The notes beneath the pieces are model-generated. The model did not search any database, was not told the DNA's origin, and worked only from the letters and a program-made list of their open reading frames with translations. Of a stretch of 64,000 nt of DNA, positions 56,710-64,000 are shown piece after piece. Position numbers and translations under genes: made by a program. The stretch spans positions 1 through 64,000 of IMG/VR virus record IMGVR_UViG_3300032249_001461; one strand, 5' to 3'. Origin of the DNA: a virus. Within the stretch, counting starts at the first letter, position 1, and each line of letters starts with the position of its first letter.

Positions 56710-57341
56710 TCTGCTCCTCCCCCGGGGCCCTGCGGGGGCCCCGGCGGCGGTGAGGGAGGCGGCTCTGGTGGAGGTGAGGGAGGCGGCAGTGGTGGAGGTG
56801 AGGGAGGCGGCTCTGGTGGAGGTGAGGGAGGCGGCAGTGGTGGAGGTAAGGGACCGGGTCCGGGAGTGTAGCAGCCATCTCTGTCTATAAGACGAGTGCT
56901 GCAATTTGTTTCTATATAGTAAAGCGCGCGTCCCACGCAGAGCGGGCCTGGTTCGCAACTTGAGCTGCTTGAGCCCGATGAGCTGCTTGAGCCCGATGAG
57001 CTGCTTGATCCCGATGTGCTGCTTGATCCCGATGTGCTGCTTGAGCCCGATGTGCTGCTTGAACCCGATGTGCTGCTTGAACCCGATGTGCTGCTTGATC
57101 CCGATGTGCTGCTTGATCCCGATGTGCTGCTTGGTTGCGGCGGCGGCGTTGGTTGCGGCGGCGTTGGTTGCGGCGGCGTTGGTTGCGGCGGCGTTGGAAA
57201 TGGCGGAAATGGCGGAAATGGAGAAGGAGGAAATGGAGAAGGAGGAACGCCACTGCAACAATCATTCGGATCGTCGTAGGGTCCTCCTACTTGATTTTGT
57301 GTGTTTGCGTTGAAATTTTTTTGTTCTATGCAATATGGCAT
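56706..57341 (-). CDS. Pro/Ser-rich low-complexity protein with Cys clusters
   Basis: PPQPT, (SSSTSG)n and PPPSPP blocks; TATATA upstream. Confidence 0.55.
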   Translation of the reverse strand: MPYCIEQKNFNANTQNQVGGPYDDPNDCCSGVPPSPFPPSPFPPFPPFPTPPQPTPPQPTPPQPTPPPQPSSTSGSSSTSGSSSTSGSSSTSGSSSTSGSSSTSGSSSTSGSSSSSGSSSSSGSSSSSCEPGPLCVGRALYYIETNCSTRLIDRDGCYTPGPGPLPPPLPPPSPPPEPPPSPPPLPPPSPPPEPPPSPPPGPPQGPGGGAE

Positions 57342-57409
57342 TTTTATGATGGCGCTTGCGGATTGTTCACGGTATATAGTTTGATTTTTCCTAAAAACTC
57401 AACTCGGAT

Positions 57410-59464
57410 TCAGGACAGATTTGAGGCCTTTATCACTTCGCCCTCGCCCGATCCCTTGTCCACGAAGGTGAACGATATGTCCTGCCAACCGCGGAGGACA
57501 GGTTCGCCATGCTCGTCCTTGTTTTTGATTGATGCGGACACCGATCTTCTGACTGACTCCCTGGCCTTGCTGAAGTGCTTGGAGTGCAGCCAAACCTCCA
57601 GGTCGTTAGAGTCTTCAGGCCACTTGAATATGACGAGGCCATCCTCGTAGGCCTTCTCTTCTGCGATCTCCTTCTCGTATTTCCAGACGTCGGACTCGTC
57701 GGCCTCCGGCTCGTACTTCCAGCTCTCCTCCTCCTCTTCCTTCTTGAGCCGATCCTTCTTCCAGTCCACGAAGTCGTCAAAATAGTCGTCCTTTATTTCT
57801 TTCTTGGCGTCCTCTTCGGAAGTGCCATCCCATTCGCCCTCGGAGAACCTGTCCTCGATGTACTCATCCCACTCGTAGTCTATGTCGGACTCCACCTCCT
57901 CCCTGTCCTGTCCGTAGGTTTCCGACTTCCTTTCCTCCGCGTTCGCATAGGCCTCCTCGCTCGCCTTCTCGTGGGCCGCGCCGAACACCTCCTCCTTGTC
58001 TACGATGTCATTGTCAAGGGCAAGCCGGGACACCTCCACGTCGTCACCGTCGAGATATTTCAAAGGAACGTCCTTCCATGAAGTGTCGGTTCCTACCTGC
58101 ATGTACTTGAAGGAGCCCCTGCCGATGGTATCCCTGTCCATCGCCTCCTTCTCCTCTCGCTTTTTTTCGTCTTCTTCCTCCCTGGTCTTTATCTTCTTAT
58201 GGGCGTCCTCTATCTGATCCTTGCCTCGTATGTTTATGTGTTCTGCGAGTTTCTTGAGGTACTCTATGTCTCCGGGCCTGATGGTCTCCCCGGACTCCAA
58301 CCAGGAGTTTATGGCCTCCTCGTACTCCCTCTTGAACCTCTCGTAATTCCCGCTTGCGTGCTTGGAAAGAAGGGGCGATATGGAGAACATCCTTATCGCG
58401 TTGCTCATCCAAAGCCGTGGGTTCTCCACCATGTAGGAGTACTCTTCCTCATGTATTTCCTTGTATAGTCTGATGGCGTCGTCTGCGTCCTGCGTCTTTG
58501 ACGCCTCCTCCATGACTTCATACATGTGCTGGCTGTCGCCCTTCAGAGCCTCGATGAAGAATGTGAGGAACGGACTTTCGTTGTGCTGCCAGTTGATGTA
58601 CTTTACCAGTTCGTCAAGCGGAACCTTCGTGTTTTCGGGGGTTGTGTCCTTGTCCCACGAATGCCGGAAGTACTTGTAGACCTGCTCTCTTGCCTTGGGG
58701 TGGTTTGCGAGCATCTTGTCCGCGAGGAACTTGATGTAGGAGGAAGACTTTTTTATCTTGGTCGCATCGTCGTCGTGTTCTTGTTTGCCCCTTTTGGACC
58801 ACACGGTTTCGGCTCCCCCGTAGTTCCAGCCCTTTACTATGCTGTAATGTTCTATGATGTCATTGTCTATCAGCGGTTGGGCCGCCTTCTTCATCGCGCC
58901 GACGATCTTTTCGATCTGCATCGCGGCGCTTCCGGGGTTAACCCGCATGAAATACGCCCACGATCCGCTCATCCTGCTGAAGGAGACGCCGGCGGTGGCC
59001 TTCTTCGCGTTCGCAGATGTCTTGCCCATTTCGGGTGTTGATGTGGAGGAGAACTCCTTTTCGCCCTTCATCCCCTTCATGGCGGGATGGTCGTCGTCCA
59101 CGCCGGCTGCCGACATGGCTCCCATCCATGCGCTGTCGCCTTCCTTGTAGGGCAGGGGCTTGAGTCCCGATGCGGCCAGCGATGCGGCGAGCGACTTGAT
59201 GAACGCCCTGTCCGCCCCGTTTCCGGCCTCTATGGGCGTCTTCTTTATGATCCCGACCACCGTCGCGGCGCCATCGGACAGTTTTACGTATCCAGGACGC
59301 TCCTCCGAAAACGGCCACACCTCGAAGGACGAATAGTAATCGCCGGCTCCATAGGAGAACTCCACGACGTTGTTGTTCTCCCTTGACTTTCCGAGAGACG
59401 CCTCCCCGGAGCCCGTATTAACCACTATGTTTTCATGAAGAAGGAGCCATTCCTTGAATCGCAT
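57410..59464 (-). CDS. Large leader-bearing acidic protein
   Basis: MRFKEWLLLHE; TAGATA 4 nt upstream. Confidence 0.8.
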   Translation of the reverse strand: MRFKEWLLLHENIVVNTGSGEASLGKSRENNNVVEFSYGAGDYYSSFEVWPFSEERPGYVKLSDGAATVVGIIKKTPIEAGNGADRAFIKSLAASLAASGLKPLPYKEGDSAWMGAMSAAGVDDDHPAMKGMKGEKEFSSTSTPEMGKTSANAKKATAGVSFSRMSGSWAYFMRVNPGSAAMQIEKIVGAMKKAAQPLIDNDIIEHYSIVKGWNYGGAETVWSKRGKQEHDDDATKIKKSSSYIKFLADKMLANHPKAREQVYKYFRHSWDKDTTPENTKVPLDELVKYINWQHNESPFLTFFIEALKGDSQHMYEVMEEASKTQDADDAIRLYKEIHEEEYSYMVENPRLWMSNAIRMFSISPLLSKHASGNYERFKREYEEAINSWLESGETIRPGDIEYLKKLAEHINIRGKDQIEDAHKKIKTREEEDEKKREEKEAMDRDTIGRGSFKYMQVGTDTSWKDVPLKYLDGDDVEVSRLALDNDIVDKEEVFGAAHEKASEEAYANAEERKSETYGQDREEVESDIDYEWDEYIEDRFSEGEWDGTSEEDAKKEIKDDYFDDFVDWKKDRLKKEEEEESWKYEPEADESDVWKYEKEIAEEKAYEDGLVIFKWPEDSNDLEVWLHSKHFSKARESVRRSVSASIKNKDEHGEPVLRGWQDISFTFVDKGSGEGEVIKASNLS

Positions 59465-59571
59465 GCCCTATCTATCCACGGCGGCGGGAGAACTCTATCT
59501 GAAAGAGAAAAGTTTGGTCACAAAGGGCGAGCGATAGATGAACTGCGACCAAAACCTGACGAAAAACAAAT

Positions 59572-59688
59572 GCTTCCCCCGCGGGGGCTGTGGCGGAATG
59601 AGCCATGTGTCAATGTGCTCATGGTAGACGCTGCGGAGGCCGCTCCGGTGATTTGCAAGCCCAATCCCTTCGGAGGGCGGTAATTGAC
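59572..59688 (+). ncRNA. Orphan omega-RNA-like copy of the right end of IS 52385-53656
   Basis: gagccatgtgtcaat...gtagac...gctccggtgattt.caagccc...gtaattgac aligns to the reverse complement of about 52385-52503. Confidence 0.7.
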
Positions 59689-59690
59689 TG

Positions 59691-61292
59691 CTAAACGACT
59701 CCAAGGATGGACGAACCATTGACGCCGCGTTGAATCGGGTACTGAGTGCGAGAGCCCAGGGTCACCGTGCCGGTATACGTTGCCGCAGGAAACGAGAACG
59801 AACTGTCGTTGAACGTGGCATCGCCATTTACGGGGCCGGCGTTCGATGCGTTGTCGTTAAACGTGGCCATGCCAGAGACGCTTCCTCCGTCGTTGGACGA
59901 ACTGTCGTTGAACGTCCAGTTTTGCCCTGGCGTGGCGAAAATCCAGTTCGTTGCGTCTTGGCTCCACGTTTCGTTGCCGTTAAGCACAAACGAAACCGGC
60001 GTCCCTGAAGAGAAAGTCACGGAGCCAGAGACATCTCCTAGTGGCACGCTCGCGCCATAAGCACTTTCCGTCACAGTAATGTTTCCAACGCTACCCGTGT
60101 TGCTCCAGAGAATGCCGACAAACGTGGCGTCGGCAACATTGCCCGCGTTGACTGAACTGTCGTAAAAGGTGGCCGCGATGTATCCCGGCCCAAGTTGGCT
60201 GCTGACCGAGCCATAATTGATTGCATTTCCACTGAAGGCCGCACCGAAGGCAGTCACCACGCTATTCATGTTGCTGGCGTCTCCAGAAAAGCTGCAGTTA
60301 TTGGAGTACACCGAGCCAGCGTTAATCGCGTTTCCGCCAAAAGAAAAGTCGCCGGCGCCAGCACCCGCGCTGCCGTTGTTGACTGCGTTATCGGCAAACG
60401 CCCCGGAGATAGCAAGCGTGCCGGTGACACTGTTGACTGTGTTGTTACTGAAGCCCGCTTCTGACGCGCTTCCGCTGTTGACCGCGCTATCATTGAACTG
60501 TGCGTAATATGAGATGGTGCCGATGTTGGACGAAGAGTCATTGAACTGCGACCCACCATATGCAGCGGTGTTGACCCCTCCACTGTTGGACGAAGAGTCA
60601 TTGAACGTGCCGCTGTGGCCCACCGACCCACCGTTGGTTGCAGTGTCGTTGAATGTCGCGTTGTTACTCACCGTTCCACCGTTGGACGAACTGTCGTTAA
60701 ATGTCGCGTCGCCACCCACCGTTCCGCCGTTGGACGAACTGTCGTTGAACTCTGCATTGCCAACCACCGACCCACCGTTGCTTGAACTGTCGTTGTATGT
60801 CGCCTCCCCAGTGACGCTAGTGTCTCTGCTTGCAGAAGCGTCGTTGTGCGTGGCGTTGAGAGTGACGGTGCCATAATTTACTGCGTTGTCGTTGAATGTC
60901 GCGTTGGTAGCGGTGGCGAAGCTCGCGTTAAACGCATCGCCACCAAACGTCGCATGGCCTGCGACCGTGCCCGCGTTGTAGCCGCCCCCGCCAAACGTCG
61001 CGTTGCCGGTGATCGTTCCGCCGTTTCCCGCTGCTCCGTTAAACGTCGCGAGCCCGTTTTCCGCAAGGGTAATTGCAATTCCCAGAGTTTGACCGCCGAT
61101 GTCATCCAACAATGTGAAATTAGCCACCGTTGGCTCGCTGCCACCGTTGGACGTTACGCTCGCGCTTGCGATCACGTTGTCGGCACTAGACGGCAGGGCT
61201 GCGGCGGGCGTGGTGAACGCGGCATCTCCCCACCAGTTTCCCAGTTCCGTCCATTCACCATCGACCGCGCCATTGAAGTAGAGCGTTGCCAT
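59691..61292 (-). CDS. Beta-helix repeat adhesin or fibre
   Basis: Many ATFNDSSSNGGxV repeats; AGGAG SD. Confidence 0.8.
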   Translation of the reverse strand: MATLYFNGAVDGEWTELGNWWGDAAFTTPAAALPSSADNVIASASVTSNGGSEPTVANFTLLDDIGGQTLGIAITLAENGLATFNGAAGNGGTITGNATFGGGGYNAGTVAGHATFGGDAFNASFATATNATFNDNAVNYGTVTLNATHNDASASRDTSVTGEATYNDSSSNGGSVVGNAEFNDSSSNGGTVGGDATFNDSSSNGGTVSNNATFNDTATNGGSVGHSGTFNDSSSNSGGVNTAAYGGSQFNDSSSNIGTISYYAQFNDSAVNSGSASEAGFSNNTVNSVTGTLAISGAFADNAVNNGSAGAGAGDFSFGGNAINAGSVYSNNCSFSGDASNMNSVVTAFGAAFSGNAINYGSVSSQLGPGYIAATFYDSSVNAGNVADATFVGILWSNTGSVGNITVTESAYGASVPLGDVSGSVTFSSGTPVSFVLNGNETWSQDATNWIFATPGQNWTFNDSSSNDGGSVSGMATFNDNASNAGPVNGDATFNDSSFSFPAATYTGTVTLGSRTQYPIQRGVNGSSILGVV

Positions 61293-61306
61293 TTATTTTC
61301 TCCTAA

Positions 61307-61621
61307 TTAATTTCTAGCCGGGGGAGTCGGTGGAACGAACAATTTCTCCAGACCAGCCTTAATGTCGCTGCCAAGCAACTCAAGAACTCTGCTCTCAACT
61401 TGAGATTGAGTATAATCACCCGCAACGTCGTAGGCTTCGCCTTTCCATAGAACTAGTGGATGAGGGCAGGGGCGAATTTGAGCCATGGCGCTCTTTCTTT
61501 TGTTGTTATCAATAATGGTAATGTCCAATAATGTTAGTGTAATGGGCTTTTGAACTCTTACCTCTCCATTTGCTCTGATTATTGTTGGTGGTTGTATAGT
61601 GACTGGATTGGATAGATTCAT
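61307..61621 (-). CDS. Fibre-associated hypothetical protein
   Basis: 104 aa; AGGAG SD; lies within a fibre operon. Confidence 0.7.
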   Translation of the reverse strand: MNLSNPVTIQPPTIIRANGEVRVQKPITLTLLDITIIDNNKRKSAMAQIRPCPHPLVLWKGEAYDVAGDYTQSQVESRVLELLGSDIKAGLEKLFVPPTPPARN

Positions 61622-61645
61622 AAAATTCTCCTAGTAATTGAAATT

Positions 61646-63029
61646 TTAGTAGCCTGGAACGAAAGCGACAACGTCCCACTTGTCTCTTCCGGCATGGTAA
61701 GTTGCGGCCAAAACATCCATTTTGTTCGCAGAGGTACTGAACGGAAGAGGCGAAGTGGCACTACTAGGAATGTTAAATTTATTACCAAGAGATACTGTGC
61801 GATTGCCCGTACCATCTTGGGTTATTCTCCAACGTAGTGTTTTGCCGTTGACGGGATTGGTTGGATTGGACAATGTGGTGTTGCCAGTGAGCGTTATGTC
61901 AAATATGTCTCCGGCGCCAGCATCAGTATTTATTGTCGAAGAGTATGATGAACTAACGACCGTTGTTGAGCCACCAAGTACGGAAGTTCCATTACTGTCT
62001 AGGATGTCACCGTCTATTGGTAATGTTAATCTGCCGTCTGCGCCAAAAGTCCAGTGATTATTGTCATTGTCTGTGCCGACGACGACATCTCCGCCGTTTT
62101 TTTTCTATCTTGACATACTGATCATCGTCGCCCAAATAAATATCAACCGTCGATGGATCGCCTGCCACAAGATGAACATGACTATGCTCTGAACTGGATG
62201 TTCCGTTGTTGGTCACAGTAATATATTGACCGGTTGGCATGCCATAGGATTCATCAAAATTGTAATATAATGTCGGATAATTGTTTGCGTCTGCGACATC
62301 CGGGCCAGGTCTTGTTCCGTCAACACTTGTTAATGTCAAAGTAAATTCAGCAATATTGCTATTGGCTGGTATGGTCCAAGTAATACTTTCTGATTCTGGA
62401 CCGGTTGTGCTTACGAAAGTCAGCTTGCCAGTTAGCGCTCGACCCAACGATTGTGGAGTAACTCCTGCGCCAGATATTGTATAGTTTACTGTTCCAAAAT
62501 TAGGCCAGCCATTTAGAGTGACTGAAATGGTGATTGGACTGCCATATACTATGTATCCGCTAGAATTAAGCCCCCAACCAGCCGCAGTTGGACGAATTAC
62601 CAAACTCTGTCCGGATTGTGCTGTTGGTGGCGTTAAGGATACTGTATTGTTTGTTTCGCTTAATGTGCTGCCGCTGGGCAGTGTCAGCTCGCCATTTGCA
62701 TCAAACTTCCAACTATATCCGGGAGGTCCGCCGAAGACTTCAAATGCGTGGTCAGCCCCGCCGATTTTAATCTGACTGTTAGGAGCGGTATTAAGTGGCG
62801 CTGTTCCGATGCGAACCCCGCCGTCATTCTCAACAACGACCTGGGCAGATCCTCCTGACAATGTTAGGGTTCCATTTGCGCCGCCCGACAAGGCCACACC
62901 CGGAGCGATGTCGTTGGAGGTTATTGATCCGTCCTGGATGTTTTCTCCCTTGACCACGCCGTTGTATATCTTTGGCAGTATGTCGGCCGCTGATCCGTGT
63001 CCGGTTCCTTCAGAAGTGTTTGCTGGCAT
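61646..63029 (-). pseudogene. Fibre/decoration protein with a +1 frameshift in an A8 run (62097-62104)
   Basis: Removing one A gives VKIEKNGGDVVVGTD...WTFGADGRLTLP...ITQDGTGNRTV, 460 aa in total. Confidence 0.8.
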
Positions 63030-63084
63030 ATGTGTGCTCCTTTGAGTAAGCGTATCTAGTGGTCTAAAAAAAAGGTTTTGTCAA

Positions 63085-63999
63085 TCAAACTTGAAATTCC
63101 CATCTGGCCTTCCCGCAGTCCCATATCCTTGACAGGCCTCGTGAGTTCGCCCATTGGAGCTCGGTCATGTCGTGAGGGCAGTTCGCCTGCTTCTTGCTCT
63201 GGCTCTGCTTGCTGAATCTCTTCTTGGGATTTTTCATGTTGACATAGCAGTAGTCCGGAGGCAGTTCTCCCGCCTTCTTAAATCCGAGCCTCTCGTACAC
63301 CGATCCGTCACTGTACCTGTTGTCGCTCCAAGAGATTATCTTCTTCGCCCCGTTTTCACGGCACCATTCAGCACAGGCCTTGAACAGTTTGCCGGATCCA
63401 CCCACGACCTGAAGCCCCGTCTTGAAACAGAGCCTGGTGAGGACGACGGAGTCGTTGTTCTTCTTTCTGTGGTGCCTTCCGAGGTCAACGACGCCGACGA
63501 GCTCCTCGCCATGGAACAGACCGAAGCAGACATGGCTCAATTTGTTCGCGCCCTGGAGGTGGTGGGCTTCGCAGAAGTCTCCCATTTCCTTTTTGCTGAT
63601 TTCTTTTGTGGTGCATCTCCTTGCTTGGATTCTTTTTTCAAATATTCCGAGCTTTGAAAGTATCATGCTCTTGCATATATCGTTTTTAGAATTCCACTCG
63701 TCGTCGAATATGGTGAGGAGTTGTATTCCCTTTTCCCTGCACCTTTTCCACTTGTCGTGATGGTACGGGCGGGTTTTGGGACTGAAGGAGTCTTCGGCGT
63801 GCCAGAATATTCCACAGAACTCTATGGCCAAATTTTGATCTTTGTCGTATATGTCAAGTTCTCTGTTTTCTAAAACAGAGAAGTCATTATTGAAATTATG
63901 TCCAAATGAATTCAACCAATCTCTGATCTCATTCTGTTGCTTGAGATTGGGTCTATTTTCGGGGAGACACAAAGGGCTTTTGGCGCCATACCTCTCCAT
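63085..63999 (-). CDS. Hef-like/Vsr-type homing endonuclease fused to a GNAT-like domain, 5'-truncated by window edge
   Basis: ELDIY..LAIEFCGIFWH, GIQLLTIFDDEW, then RLCFK...GGSGKL...YERLGF. Confidence 0.75.
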   Translation of the reverse strand: MERYGAKSPLCLPENRPNLKQQNEIRDWLNSFGHNFNNDFSVLENRELDIYDKDQNLAIEFCGIFWHAEDSFSPKTRPYHHDKWKRCREKGIQLLTIFDDEWNSKNDICKSMILSKLGIFEKRIQARRCTTKEISKKEMGDFCEAHHLQGANKLSHVCFGLFHGEELVGVVDLGRHHRKKNNDSVVLTRLCFKTGLQVVGGSGKLFKACAEWCRENGAKKIISWSDNRYSDGSVYERLGFKKAGELPPDYCYVNMKNPKKRFSKQSQSKKQANCPHDMTELQWANSRGLSRIWDCGKARWEFQV

Positions 64000-64000
64000 G

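Noticed and set aside
56622-57200. Regular short repeats as a possible CRISPR array
   Set aside because: Directly tandem units with no unique spacers, lengths are multiples of 3, and no cas genes are present
1-64000. tRNA, rRNA or a diversity-generating retroelement
   Set aside because: No cloverleaf, rRNA-like stretch, reverse transcriptase or TR/VR pair was recognised by eye; a tRNAscan/Infernal run would be needed to exclude them

Overview
This 64 kb window is part of a large T4-like (gp20/21/22/23-type) dsDNA phage genome; several genes hint at a Planctomycetota host, which is inference only. It contains the head module (intein-containing portal, probable core protein, prohead protease, scaffold, major capsid), several fibre/decoration genes, a glycan-modification cluster, four DNA methyltransferase-like genes plus a probable restriction endonuclease, homing-endonuclease-like genes and auxiliary genes (lysine aminotransferase, QueC-like, McsA-like, subtilisin, NUDIX, 2OG-Fe(II) oxygenase, Dps-like). 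It also holds two IS200/IS605 TnpB elements and two orphan TnpB 3'/omega-RNA remnants. The main unexplained signal is that about 17 otherwise unrelated ORFs share an N-terminal M-x(1-3)-[FILY]-x-[ED]-[WFY]...E leader resembling the T4 capsid-targeting sequence; one of them is a highly diverged sigma70-like protein. Many genes also have a TA(N)ATA box 4-5 nt before the start codon. Together these suggest a late-expressed, capsid-packaged, injected protein cargo system. All calls come from visual motif recognition; no database searches were run.
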